DNA from: Candidatus Kuenenia stuttgartensis
GTDB lineage: Bacteria; Planctomycetota; UBA11346
Direction of reading: 5' to 3'
NCBI GenBank assembly: GCA_945876185.1
Contig: CAMCMZ010000011.1
Location: 3,275-67,274 of the forward strand
DNA: 64,000 nt
Within the stretch, counting starts at the first letter, position 1; each line of letters begins with the position of its first letter. Positions 8,205-17,013 of the stretch are shown here, piece after piece. The notes under the pieces were generated by a model. The model worked only from the letters and a program-made list of their open reading frames with translations. It did no database searches and was not told the DNA's origin. The position numbers and the translations under genes are program-made.

Positions 8205-10541
8205 CTACCGTTCCACGCCCTGGCTGATTTTTTCCAGGTGATCTGCCATCTCGGCAAGGCGACGGGCGAGGCTGAGGACCTGGTTCGCGCCCTCGGCGGT
8301 GCCACCGACGGCTGTCGTGACCGCCTGGGCGTCGCTGGCGATGCTGCGGCACCCGTCCGCAGCATGCGCGACCTGGCGGCCAATCTCCTGCGCGGTGGCG
8401 GTCTGCTGTTCGACGGCGGCGGCGATGCCGGCTTGGATGCCGTTGATGCGGTCGATGACCTCGGCGATGCGTTTGATCGCGGCCTGGGCGCCCTGCATTT
8501 CACCTTGAATCCCGCTGACGCGGCTGGCGATGCCGTTGGAGGCCTCGGCCGTCTTGCGGGCAAGCGCCTTGACCTCGTTGGCGACCACGGTGAAGCCGCG
8601 TCCGGCCTCGCCGGCGCGGGCGGCCTCGATGGTGGCGTTGAGCGCGAGCAAGTTGGTCTGCTCCGCGATGCTGGTGATCAGCTTGGTGACCTTGCCGATT
8701 TCGACGCCGGCCTCGCCCAGGCGGCCCATGGTGCCGGCCGCGTCGGCGGCCAGGCGCACCGCTTCGCCGGCGATCTGGGCCGCTTCCGTGGCGCTGGTGC
8801 TGATCTCGCGGATGCTGGCGCCCATCTCTTCCGACGCCGCCGCAACCGACGAGATGTCGCGCCCGACGCTGCTGCTGGCCTCGGCGCTCTTGGCGGCGCT
8901 GTCGCGCGAACGGCCGGCCTCGCTGGTGACCTGGCCGCTGGTGCTGGTGAGCTGCTGCGCCGCCTTGGCGAGTTCCCCGGTGCTGGCCTGGACCGTCGCG
9001 ACCATGCCGCGCAGGCGTTCAGCCCCGGCCTGGGCCTCGGCTTCGCTGGTGAGGATGGCGCTGGTGATCTTGCGACCGATCAGAAGGATGACGCCGACCG
9101 CGACCAATCCGACCACGACCAGTGAAATTGCCGACGACAGGCTATGGAAAGCGACGCTGCTCATCGCTCTTTCCAGGGATTTCCCTGACTGGGCAAGGTG
9201 TTCACCGACCTGCCGCACCACCTCGGCCCCGGTTGCAGCGGCAGCGGTGGCAGCAGCGCCACGACTGATCCGGGCGCGTTCGACCGCGAGGGCGGCCTCG
9301 ATGACCCCGCCTTCGGCAAGCAGGGTCTTCTCGACCTCGGGTACCAGCACCACGACCTTGGCGACCAGTTCGGTATCAGTCGGGCGATTGAGGCCGGACA
9401 GGCCGGACGAACAGACCTTCAGCACGCGGTTCAATTCAGCGAGCGAGGCTGCGACCCGGCGACGCAGATCGCCAAGTCTGTTTTCACTGCCGCCGACCTG
9501 GGCCTGGAGGGCGGCGCTGACCAGATCCTGGGCCCGGTCGTTGACCGCGCCGGCGGCTGCTGCCACTCCGGCGACAGCTCCCAGGCTGCGCGAAGCGGCC
9601 GCGATGGCGAGGTCGGCCTTCACCACCGCCAGCGCGAGCGGATCGATCGACTCGCTCAATCGGTTGAGGCCTGCATCAATGCTCTCTTGCAGGGTTTTCG
9701 CCGCCTTGGCGCAGGCGGGTTTGGCCTCGGCCGGAGCGTCGGTGGCGAGTGCGGCGGCGCGCAAGGTCAGAAGACCCGTCTCCTTGTCACTGTAGCCGGT
9801 CTCCAATCCATCGATGATCGCCTTGAACTCGGGATCAGCGACCACCGATCCGGACTGATCGCGCAAGGCCTCCAAGGCGGCCTTGAAGCGATCGTTGAGC
9901 GGATTCAGGCGGAATCGGCTTTCGATCGCGAAGACCTGCGCCACCAGGCCGCGCATCTCGGCCAGCTTTTCCCGCGCGATATGCAATTCGCGGATGCGTT
10001 TCCAGCCATCGCGGCTGCGCTCCTGCGCCTGGGCGAGCGAGGCCTGCGCCTCGCCGCGAGCCTTGGTCATGGCCGTATCCAGGCCGGCGCAGCCGTGCTG
10101 AATTGCATCGTTGGACTTCTTCAAGGCCACCAGGGCGGTCGCCATGCGGCCGGTCGCATCCAGGCGCGCCGATTCAGCCGTGTGGCGCGAGGCGAGCACG
10201 CGGCCGAGATCCACCAACAGATCGTCGGGGATGCCGGGCTGGATCCGTTTGAGTTCGGCCAACCGCGCTGAACCCTGATCCAGGGCATTGCGGAGCTCGG
10301 AATCCAAGCTCGCCAAGGCCGCAGTCGTCTCGCAGGTCGACATCGCCGCCGCGCTGCCCAGGGCGCGTTCGACCGTCTGGGCCAAACTTGCCAGCGCGGC
10401 CTGCATCGGCTGGTCGTGGCGGATCACCGTCTGGGTCTGGACCCGCACGATCACGGAGGCAGCACCACCCACCACCAGCACCAGGGCGAGAGCGGCGATG
10501 AATGCGACGATCAGCTGCCGCAGGCGCTGACGGATGCTCAT
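8205..10541 (-). CDS. Methyl-accepting chemotaxis protein with a large helical sensor domain
   Basis: The C-terminal signalling hairpin is [37 protein letters not shown]. Two TM helices flank a region of ~400 aa. It starts 25 nt downstream of the solute-binding protein gene. Confidence 0.9.
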   Translation of the reverse strand: MSIRQRLRQLIVAFIAALALVLVVGGAASVIVRVQTQTVIRHDQPMQAALASLAQTVERALGSAAAMSTCETTAALASLDSELRNALDQGSARLAELKRIQPGIPDDLLVDLGRVLASRHTAESARLDATGRMATALVALKKSNDAIQHGCAGLDTAMTKARGEAQASLAQAQERSRDGWKRIRELHIAREKLAEMRGLVAQVFAIESRFRLNPLNDRFKAALEALRDQSGSVVADPEFKAIIDGLETGYSDKETGLLTLRAAALATDAPAEAKPACAKAAKTLQESIDAGLNRLSESIDPLALAVVKADLAIAAASRSLGAVAGVAAAAGAVNDRAQDLVSAALQAQVGGSENRLGDLRRRVAASLAELNRVLKVCSSGLSGLNRPTDTELVAKVVVLVPEVEKTLLAEGGVIEAALAVERARISRGAAATAAAATGAEVVRQVGEHLAQSGKSLERAMSSVAFHSLSSAISLVVVGLVAVGVILLIGRKITSAILTSEAEAQAGAERLRGMVATVQASTGELAKAAQQLTSTSGQVTSEAGRSRDSAAKSAEASSSVGRDISSVAAASEEMGASIREISTSATEAAQIAGEAVRLAADAAGTMGRLGEAGVEIGKVTKLITSIAEQTNLLALNATIEAARAGEAGRGFTVVANEVKALARKTAEASNGIASRVSGIQGEMQGAQAAIKRIAEVIDRINGIQAGIAAAVEQQTATAQEIGRQVAHAADGCRSIASDAQAVTTAVGGTAEGANQVLSLARRLAEMADHLEKISQGVER

Positions 10542-10566
10542 GGTTCGGCGCGTCCCGGACAGCGGT

Positions 10567-11727
10567 TCAGGGCTTCAGAGCGGCGGTGGGCTTGGCCTCG
10601 CCACCGCCGACCTGGGTCAGGTAGACCTGGGACAGGGCCTGGTGGTTGTCCTTGGTGAAGGTCACCGACACCCCGCCAACATCAGCTTTTTGCAACGATT
10701 CCAAGGCGGCGACCAAACCGGGACGGGAAAGGTCCTTGCCGGCCTTGTCCAGGCCGGTGATCAGCACGCGGCCGCCGAGGTAACCTTCCAGGCTGCCGTA
10801 AGTCGGCTTGGCTGCCGTATCGACCGCCTTCAGTGCAGCTTGGAAATCCTTGACCAGCGGAATAGAGGCATCGGCCGGCGATGGCACGACCTGCGAGATG
10901 ATCAGGCCATCCGCGTCGGCGGCGAGTTCGCTGATCAGGCTTTCGGTGCCGACGAACGAGATGGTGGCGAACGGAACTTTCAGCCCGGTGCTGCGCGCCT
11001 CCTTCACGAAGGCGGCGATCGGCTTGTACGGCCCGACCATCACCACTGCGTCGGGCTGACCGGCGAGGATCTGCGCCAGGCCAGCCTTCACCGCCACGGT
11101 GTTGCGTTCGAATGTGCCCTTGGCGGCCAGGGCCATGCTGCGCTTGGTCAGGGCCTTCTCGGTGCCGCTGAGTCCGGCTTGGCCGAAGCTGTCGTTCTGG
11201 AAGAACACCGCGATCTTCTTCGCCCCCAGATCCTTGGTCAGGCGCTCGACCAGCAATTCGGTCTCGTCGTCGTAGCTGGCGCGGACATTGAATATCCACG
11301 GATTGACCGGCTTGCGGAACAGCCCGGCGCCGGTGAACAGGCCGACCAGTGGCACCTGCTTTTCGGTGATCACCGGGATCGCCGCCTTGCCGGTCGGGGT
11401 GCCGACGTAGCCGGCGAGGCAGAATACCTTGGATTCCTCCAGCAGTTTCAGCGTCCCATCGACGCACTGGTCGGGATCGTAGCCGTCGTCGACCGCGATC
11501 AGCTTGAGCTTGCGGCCATGCACGCCGCCCTTGGCGTTGGCTTCGTCGAAACAGGCGCGCAGGCCGAGGTTCATGTTGGTGCCCAGCCCAGCGGCCGGAC
11601 CTTTGAGCGCGGCGCATTGGCCGATCAACAGTTCGGTGTCACTGACGCCGTCGGCGGCAGCAAGGGTGCCGACGGCGAGCGTGACCGTCATGACAAAGGA
11701 CAGGATGGGGGTCAGGAGGTTGGGCAT
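10567..11727 (-). CDS. Periplasmic solute-binding protein, LivJ/LivK (branched-chain amino acid, Peripla_BP_6) family
   Basis: It has a signal peptide ([27 protein letters not shown]). Family-typical segments are [36 protein letters not shown] and LAGYVGTPT. No ABC permease or ATPase gene is adjacent. Confidence 0.85.
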   Translation of the reverse strand: MPNLLTPILSFVMTVTLAVGTLAAADGVSDTELLIGQCAALKGPAAGLGTNMNLGLRACFDEANAKGGVHGRKLKLIAVDDGYDPDQCVDGTLKLLEESKVFCLAGYVGTPTGKAAIPVITEKQVPLVGLFTGAGLFRKPVNPWIFNVRASYDDETELLVERLTKDLGAKKIAVFFQNDSFGQAGLSGTEKALTKRSMALAAKGTFERNTVAVKAGLAQILAGQPDAVVMVGPYKPIAAFVKEARSTGLKVPFATISFVGTESLISELAADADGLIISQVVPSPADASIPLVKDFQAALKAVDTAAKPTYGSLEGYLGGRVLITGLDKAGKDLSRPGLVAALESLQKADVGGVSVTFTKDNHQALSQVYLTQVGGGEAKPTAALKP

Positions 11728-11880
11728 GAGGGAAACTCCGGCGGAGGAAAGGTGGTGGGGGTCAGAATTTCAAATCGAGACCAGCATACCTCGCATTCCG
11801 TCCTGGCCGCAAGTTCGACTCCCACACACGTCAAAGCCTGTCCTTGCCAAGACGTGTCGCCTGAGGTTCAATGATGGACC

Positions 11881-13728
11881 ATGACCGCTTCCAACGCTGC
11901 GTGCTGCCCAAATTCTTCCTGCCCTTCCCTCCTTCCGGCCCTGCTCGGCATCGCCGTCGGTGCGGCCCTGCCGGTCCTCCAGGTCGGAGGTGGCACCGGC
12001 TGGATCCTCGCCGGCGAACTGGTCGCGTTGGGTCTGGGTCTGACCATGTGGATGCGCTGGCAATCACGGCGGTCGGCAACCCGTGCCACCGACGTGCAAG
12101 CACTGGCCGTCGCTGCTGACTCGGTAGCTGGCTCGGTAGCTGGCTCGGTAACAGGCCAGGCAACCGGCCCCAGCAGCCCGGCTGCGCTGCGCGTCGGCGC
12201 GCTCTCGCTGCTAGGCACCAGCAGTGAACTCATGGACCGCGCTGAATTGACCACCGAACACGCAGGAAAAGTTGCAGAAAACGCCAAGCTGGCCAGCACC
12301 GGTATCCAGTCGGTAGCGGCCGCCGCAGAAGAGATGGCGGCCTCAGTGAAGGAAATCGCCGCGTCTTCAGCGCGGGCCTCGGTGGTCAGCGCCGATGCCG
12401 CCGCGCGCTCGGCCGAAGTCGATGCCGCCGTGCAGCGCCTGGCCACCAGTTCATCCGCGATCGGCTCGGTGGTCCAGACTATCGCCTCGATCGCCGGCCA
12501 GACCAATCTGCTGGCGCTCAACGCCACCATCGAGGCTGCCCGCGCCGGCGAAGCCGGACGCGGCTTCGCGGTGGTGGCGAGCGAGGTCAAGGCGCTGGCG
12601 CAGCAGACCGCCCAGGCGACCCAGGATGTCGGCAAGCGCATCGCCGCGATCCAGCAGGACACCAGCGCCGCTGCGGCAGCCGTGGCCGCGATCAGCACCC
12701 TGATCAAGGAACTCGACGGTCTGCAGCAGTCGGCCGCCGGGGCTGCCGAAGAACAAGCCGCGACCACCAGCGAGATGACCCGGTCGATCTCCGATTCCGC
12801 CACCGGCGTGCAGCACATCGCCAGCGAGATCGCCACCATTGCGGTTGATGCCAGGATCTTCTCGATGTCCGCCCTGAAGGTGAATGAGGCCGGACGGGAA
12901 ATGACCGCGCAGTTGGCCGCCCACCGGACTGACGACCACGGACTGATCCCGACAGCGGTCGCCGACAAGGCGATCCGCGCCCATCTCGCCTGGCGTCTGC
13001 GCTTGCTGGCGGCAACCATCACCGGTCAACCGATCGACCGCACCAAGGCCTGCGACCACACCGCCTGCGTGCTGGGCGCCTGGATGAAGTCCGTCGACGC
13101 CAACATCGCCGGGCACCCCACCTTCAAACAGCTCGATGGCCATCACCGGGCCTTCCATGCCGAAGTCGGCCGGATCATCGATCTGCTGGGCGCCGGCAAG
13201 ATCGACGAGGTCCGCCGCCAGTTCGTCGAGGGCGAATTCGTTCGACTATCAGCCGCCGTGGTGGGCGACCTGGCGGAACTGCGCCGCGACGACGATGATC
13301 TTCATGGTCGGATCAACTTCGCCTGGCGCGACGCCTACGCCACCGGCCACGCCGCCATCGACGGCCAGCACCGCGAACTCTTCCATCGCGCTGGAGACCT
13401 CTACCTGGCGATGCAAAGCGGCGATGGCCAGGCCAAGGCGAAGGAGCTGCTCGACCATCTCACCGCCTACGTGCAGACCCACTTCCACGACGAAGAGGCC
13501 ATCATGGCCAAGGCCGGCTACACCGACCTTCCCGCGCATCAGCGCCTGCACCAGGACCTCGTGCGTCAGGTGATGGAACTCTACGCCAGCATCAAACGCG
13601 GTGAACCGCTCAAAACCCTGGACGTCAGCGCCTTCCTCAGCCGCTGGCTGAGCGAGCACATCCTCAAGCACGACCACGCCTACATCGGCGCGCTGCGCGG
13701 GGCGGGACTCATCACGGCTCAGAAATAA
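11881..13728 (+). CDS. Chemoreceptor fusion: MCP signalling domain + CZB zinc-binding domain + hemerythrin domain
   Basis: There are two N-terminal TM helices with almost no loop between them. The MCP hairpin is [40 protein letters not shown]-type motifs are HLAW...CVLGAWM...HHRAFH. Hemerythrin motifs are [33 protein letters not shown] and [10 protein letters not shown]. Confidence 0.9.
   Translation: MTASNAACCPNSSCPSLLPALLGIAVGAALPVLQVGGGTGWILAGELVALGLGLTMWMRWQSRRSATRATDVQALAVAADSVAGSVAGSVTGQATGPSSPAALRVGALSLLGTSSELMDRAELTTEHAGKVAENAKLASTGIQSVAAAAEEMAASVKEIAASSARASVVSADAAARSAEVDAAVQRLATSSSAIGSVVQTIASIAGQTNLLALNATIEAARAGEAGRGFAVVASEVKALAQQTAQATQDVGKRIAAIQQDTSAAAAAVAAISTLIKELDGLQQSAAGAAEEQAATTSEMTRSISDSATGVQHIASEIATIAVDARIFSMSALKVNEAGREMTAQLAAHRTDDHGLIPTAVADKAIRAHLAWRLRLLAATITGQPIDRTKACDHTACVLGAWMKSVDANIAGHPTFKQLDGHHRAFHAEVGRIIDLLGAGKIDEVRRQFVEGEFVRLSAAVVGDLAELRRDDDDLHGRINFAWRDAYATGHAAIDGQHRELFHRAGDLYLAMQSGDGQAKAKELLDHLTAYVQTHFHDEEAIMAKAGYTDLPAHQRLHQDLVRQVMELYASIKRGEPLKTLDVSAFLSRWLSEHILKHDHAYIGALRGAGLITAQK
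12121..12156 (+). repeat. 12-nt tandem repeat x3 inside the chemoreceptor linker
   Basis: The units are tcggtagctggc, tcggtagctggc and tcggtaacaggc, encoding [12 protein letters not shown]. Confidence 0.9.
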
Positions 13729-13734
13729 CACGGA

Positions 13735-13834
13735 AAAATCGCAATTGCACCCCATCTGCGGCGTTGGTCGTCAGTCATGTGGCGCTGCCACACTCCTTCC
13801 TCCCGCCTTGCATCTGGGGCGCACTTGCGATTTT
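13735..13834 (+). repeat. PRE-2: 100-nt palindromic repeat element, subfamily A
   Basis: The arms are aaaatcgcaattgcacccca and tggggcgcacttgcgatttt, with central hairpin tgtggc-gct-gccaca. It starts 6 nt after the TAA stop (13726-13728) of the MCP-hemerythrin gene. A ~25-nt conserved tail follows (cctgaattttccc..). Confidence 0.9.
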
Positions 13835-13924
13835 TCCTGAATTTTCCCTGTTGATATATTACGAAGACGGTCGTGTTGCGAGCGCTCGAAGCTCGCGAAC
13901 GGTTGACACCTACGGACGCTGAGA

Positions 13925-13966
13925 GCCGACGACCAACGCAGCAGATGGGGCGCTATGGCCGGTTTT
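13925..13966 (-). repeat. PRE half-copy (5' arm plus ~20 nt), ccgg-arm variant
   Basis: The minus strand reads aaaaccggccatagcgccccatctgctgcgttggtcgtcgg and then diverges. It starts 5 nt after the rplM stop (13972-13974) in gene polarity. Confidence 0.7.
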
Positions 13967-13971
13967 AAAGC

Positions 13972-14406
13972 TCAGACGCCGGGAAGGGGCTTCGGGGCCT
14001 GGGCCTGGTGCGGGTGCGCGGGGCCCTTGTACATCTTCAGGCGCTTGAGCTGGTGCCGGGCCTGGATGTTCTTCGGCATCATGCGGCGCACCGCCAGCAT
14101 CAGGATGCGATCCGGGTGGCGGCTTTGCAGGTCGGCGAAGGTGTACTCGTTCAGGCCGCCGAAATAGCCGGTGTGGAAGGCGTAGATTTTCTTCTCCGCC
14201 TTGTTGCGCGTGACCACCAGGCCTTCGACATCAGTGATGACCACGAAGTTGCCGTTGTCGGCGTTCGGGGTGAAGTTCGGGTTGCCACGGCCCATCAGGG
14301 CGCGCGCGACTTCCACCGCGAACTGGCCGAGGACCTTGCCCTTCGCGCTGGCAACGTACCAGTCGTGGGTGGTCTGTTCATTCTTGAGGAGGGTAGTCTG
14401 GTTCAT
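13972..14406 (-). CDS. rplM: 50S ribosomal protein L13
   Basis: Segments WYVASAKGKVLGQFAVEVARAL and YAFHTGYFGGL...RMMPKN are typical of L13. I prefer ATG at 14406 over TTG at 14415. Confidence 0.9.
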   Translation of the reverse strand: MNQTTLLKNEQTTHDWYVASAKGKVLGQFAVEVARALMGRGNPNFTPNADNGNFVVITDVEGLVVTRNKAEKKIYAFHTGYFGGLNEYTFADLQSRHPDRILMLAVRRMMPKNIQARHQLKRLKMYKGPAHPHQAQAPKPLPGV

Positions 14407-14501
14407 GGGGTCCAATCCCGAGAAGGCTGGCGGCGGGTCGTCGCTGCAAGCGGAGGTAGGTGTGGCGGTGGTCGTGCGGCAGGTGACTGGTCAGCTGGAG
14501 C

Positions 14502-14705
14502 TCAAACCTTCAGGCGGAGGAATCCCTGCTCGATTTCCTGCACGATGAGGTCGATCTTGTCGTAGTTGCGCTCGTCCGGGGGCATCACCATCGGCGGTTC
14601 GCCGTTGTTGAGCTCCTTCAGCCGGCGGTTGATCAGGGTCACGAAATTGTAGTAACCCCCGACCTTGGCGATGGCCTCGGCGTATTGCGTGTTGACCAAG
14701 GTCAT
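14502..14705 (-). CDS. rpoZ: DNA-directed RNA polymerase subunit omega (planctomycete-type)
   Basis: A 67-aa product starts at ATG 14705 with GGGGGGAG just upstream. The pattern KVGGYYNFVTLINRRLKELNNG...DLIVQEIEQGFL matches RpoZ of PVC bacteria as I recall it. The longer ORF extension runs into PRE-3. Confidence 0.65.
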   Translation of the reverse strand: MTLVNTQYAEAIAKVGGYYNFVTLINRRLKELNNGEPPMVMPPDERNYDKIDLIVQEIEQGFLRLKV

Positions 14706-14788
14706 AGTCGCTCCCCCCCGCTTTCGCGGGGTGCCGTACTTACAGGCAGCCACGGGAACGTCAATCGCCAGGTGGCAGGGAACCAGAA

Positions 14789-14888
14789 AAAATCGCAATT
14801 GCACCCCATCTGCGGCGTTGGTCGTCGGTCATTTGGCGCTGCCAAACTCCCTCCTCCCGCCTTGCATCTGGGGTACACTTGCGATTTT
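14789..14888 (+). repeat. PRE-3: 100-nt palindromic repeat element, subfamily B
   Basis: The arms are aaaatcgcaattgcacccca and tggggtacacttgcgatttt, with central hairpin tttggc-gct-gccaaa. It is the only copy not adjacent to a stop codon, lying 83 nt from both the trpS stop and the rpoZ start, and it is reversed relative to those genes. Confidence 0.9.
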
Positions 14889-14971
14889 TCCGCAAAATCT
14901 GTAGCCGGTTTGTCTGGGGGATCCCAACCGAGCTAAACTCTTTGTTCCAGGCAGCATCCGTAGGCGCGCGC

Positions 14972-15958
14972 CTATGCCAAACCGCACGCCGCGCGCGCGC
15001 GGTCGGTGGTGCGGCGCACGATGGCGCGGGCGCGATCGGCACCCTGGCGCAAAGCGGCGTCGACGGCGGCGGGATCGGCCATGAGCTCAGCGCGGCGGCG
15101 GCGGGCGGGGCCGAAGTGGTCGAGGATGAGACCGAGCAGAGCCAGCTTGGCGTGGCCGTAGCCGAAGCCCTGCGGGCCGGGTTCACGGTAGCGGACGGCG
15201 AGGTCGATGGTGCGTTGGTCGTTCTTGCCGGCGATGGCGCGGAAGATGCGGAAGACGTTGCAGGTCTCGGGATCCTTCGCGTCGGTCAGGCCCTTGCCGT
15301 CGGTCTTGATCGACATCACGCGCTTTTTCAGCGGATTTTCGTCCTCGAACGGATCGATGGTATTGCCGTAGCTTTTCGACATTTTCTCGCCATCGACACC
15401 GGGCAGGACTTCAGCCTCAGGCACCAGGCGATGCGCCGGCAGCTTGAAGACCGGCGCCTGGAACTCCTCGTTGAAGCGGGCGGCGAGGTCGCGGGTGATC
15501 TCGATGTGCTGGACCTGGTCACGGCCGACCGGCACCAGATCGGCATCGACGGACAGAATGTCGGCCGCCTGCAGGATTGGGTAGTTGAACAGGCCGACGT
15601 TGGGCGAGATGCCCTTGGCGAGCTTGTCCTTGTAGCCGACCATCTTTTCCATCCACGCCATCGGGCACACGCACGAGATCAGCCAGGCCAGCTCCGCGAC
15701 CTCGGGCACGTCATGCTGCAGGTACAGCGCCGTGCGCGCCGGATCGAGTCCGAACGCGAGCAGATCCGTCGCCAACTGCCGGATCGTCGCCCGATACGCT
15801 GGTGCATCGCGCTGGGTGGTCAGCGCGTGGTAGCTGGCGACGAAGATGAATTGTTCGTGGCCAAGTTCCTGAAGATCCACCCACTGGCGCACCGCGCCGC
15901 AGTAGTTGCCAAGATGGATCCGCCCGGAGGGCTGGATGCCGGAGAGGATGCGGGGCAT
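14972..15958 (-). CDS. trpS: Tryptophan--tRNA ligase
   Basis: Class I aaRS motifs are present: GIQPSGRIHLGNY (HIGH-like) and KMSKS (GEKMSKSYGN). Full-length colinearity with TrpRS. Confidence 0.9.
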   Translation of the reverse strand: MPRILSGIQPSGRIHLGNYCGAVRQWVDLQELGHEQFIFVASYHALTTQRDAPAYRATIRQLATDLLAFGLDPARTALYLQHDVPEVAELAWLISCVCPMAWMEKMVGYKDKLAKGISPNVGLFNYPILQAADILSVDADLVPVGRDQVQHIEITRDLAARFNEEFQAPVFKLPAHRLVPEAEVLPGVDGEKMSKSYGNTIDPFEDENPLKKRVMSIKTDGKGLTDAKDPETCNVFRIFRAIAGKNDQRTIDLAVRYREPGPQGFGYGHAKLALLGLILDHFGPARRRRAELMADPAAVDAALRQGADRARAIVRRTTDRARAACGLA

Positions 15959-15962
15959 GGGG

Positions 15963-16679
15963 TCAATGCAAGTAGTTGAAGGATTGGTAGCAGAGGAAAC
16001 CGAGCATCACCGCCAAGAAGGTGTCATGGTTGACTGCGCCGGTCTCGGGATTGTAGCAGCGATAGGCGTAATATGCGATCGATCCGAGGATCGCGACCAC
16101 CAGACATATCTTGGCGGCGATGCGCACATCGATCAGGCTGCGCAGGGTATGGAAGACGATCTGGCCACCATCGAGGGGAAAGATCGGCAGGATATTGAAA
16201 AAGAACAGGAGTTCATTCACGAACATCGTGACCACCAGAAAATGCAGGACGAACGGCAGTTCGAGGAATTCTCGTGGAGCCCAATGCAAGGCTGCCCACG
16301 ACCCGATCCACAGTCCCAGGCTGACCAGAGGACCGCACGCGAGAATGAAGATCTCGCGGCCGGCATGCACGATGTCCCGGCGTGAACTGCACAGACCACC
16401 TAGCGCCCATAAGGTAATCGAGATGCCGGTGGCACCCATGAGTCGCGCCGCCAAGCCATGTCCGAGTTCGTGGAGCAAAATGGCCATGATCAGGACGAAC
16501 AAATGAATCGATGCCCAATACATGCTGAAATGCTCACCCCGAGGGATGAGCACCAACCCAACTAGGATCACGAACGTCCAATGAAGGTAGATGGGTATCG
16601 ACCCCAGATGCCCGAGGTACCAACTTTGCCGTTGATCGATCACGGCGCGGACGCTAGCGGGCATTCCGGGTTTGGCCAT
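15963..16679 (-). CDS. Site-2 protease family zinc metalloprotease (peptidase M50)
   Basis: HELGHGLAARLMG (HExxH) sits within a TM helix, with several further TM helices and a PLDGG-type motif (FPLDGGQIV). ATG 16679 is chosen as start; the ORF extends to 16739. Confidence 0.8.
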   Translation of the reverse strand: MAKPGMPASVRAVIDQRQSWYLGHLGSIPIYLHWTFVILVGLVLIPRGEHFSMYWASIHLFVLIMAILLHELGHGLAARLMGATGISITLWALGGLCSSRRDIVHAGREIFILACGPLVSLGLWIGSWAALHWAPREFLELPFVLHFLVVTMFVNELLFFFNILPIFPLDGGQIVFHTLRSLIDVRIAAKICLVVAILGSIAYYAYRCYNPETGAVNHDTFLAVMLGFLCYQSFNYLH

Positions 16680-16710
16680 TCCCGGGGCTGCGGCCGGCCC
16701 GGCCGCACGT

Positions 16711-16769
16711 CGATGTGGACATCGACGCTCCCTTCGCATGGCCTCTTAGGAGCGGCGATGTCCACATCG
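16711..16769. repeat. 14-bp perfect inverted repeat whose arms are themselves near-palindromes
   Basis: cgatgtggacatcg (16711-16724) and cgatgtccacatcg (16756-16769) are separated by a 31-nt spacer. The repeat lies just upstream of the M50 protease start. Confidence 0.85.
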
Positions 16770-16872
16770 CCGTCGAGGGCGAACGATACGAATGAGATGG
16801 ACGTCTACGCCCCATGCACCTGGCCGCAGCCGACGCCTGGGACCGCCGGTTTGTAACCGGCCGCTGGCCCTG

Positions 16873-16945
16873 AGGCAGTCCGACCATGGCCGAGAAAGTC
16901 CCGGGAATTACCGGGAGAATGCGATTGGCCATGGTCGGATTGCCT
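16873..16945. other. Strongly structured 73-nt intergenic element (19-bp stem enclosing a nested 6-bp hairpin), candidate ncRNA or REP-like element
   Basis: aggcagtccgaccatggcc (16873-16891) pairs with ggccatggtcggattgcct (16927-16945) with one G.U pair. The inner hairpin is tcccgg-gaatta-ccggga (16899-16916). Twin hairpins gccggtt-NNN-aaccggc flank it at 16845-16861 and 16986-17002. Confidence 0.5.
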
Positions 16946-16975
16946 GACCATCCCGAGCGCTGACCATCCCGAGCG
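16944..16975. repeat. 16-nt perfect tandem duplication
   Basis: ctgaccatcccgagcg occurs twice (16944-16959 and 16960-16975) in the trpF / M50 protease intergenic region. Confidence 0.9.
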
Positions 16976-17013
16976 CCAATCCCCTGCCGGTTGAAAACCG
17001 GCGGTCCCAGGCC

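Noticed and set aside
5762-8563. A 933-aa ORF antisense to the DUF2339 gene, with similar long antisense ORFs at 20570-23584, 34970-36634, 38291-41773, 56243-57928 and 62047-63615.
   Set aside because: Their translations are Arg/Gly/Pro/Ala-rich low-complexity strings typical of shadow ORFs in high-GC DNA. Each lies opposite an ORF with recognisable motifs or a coherent architecture such as acnB, recJ or the giant proteins.
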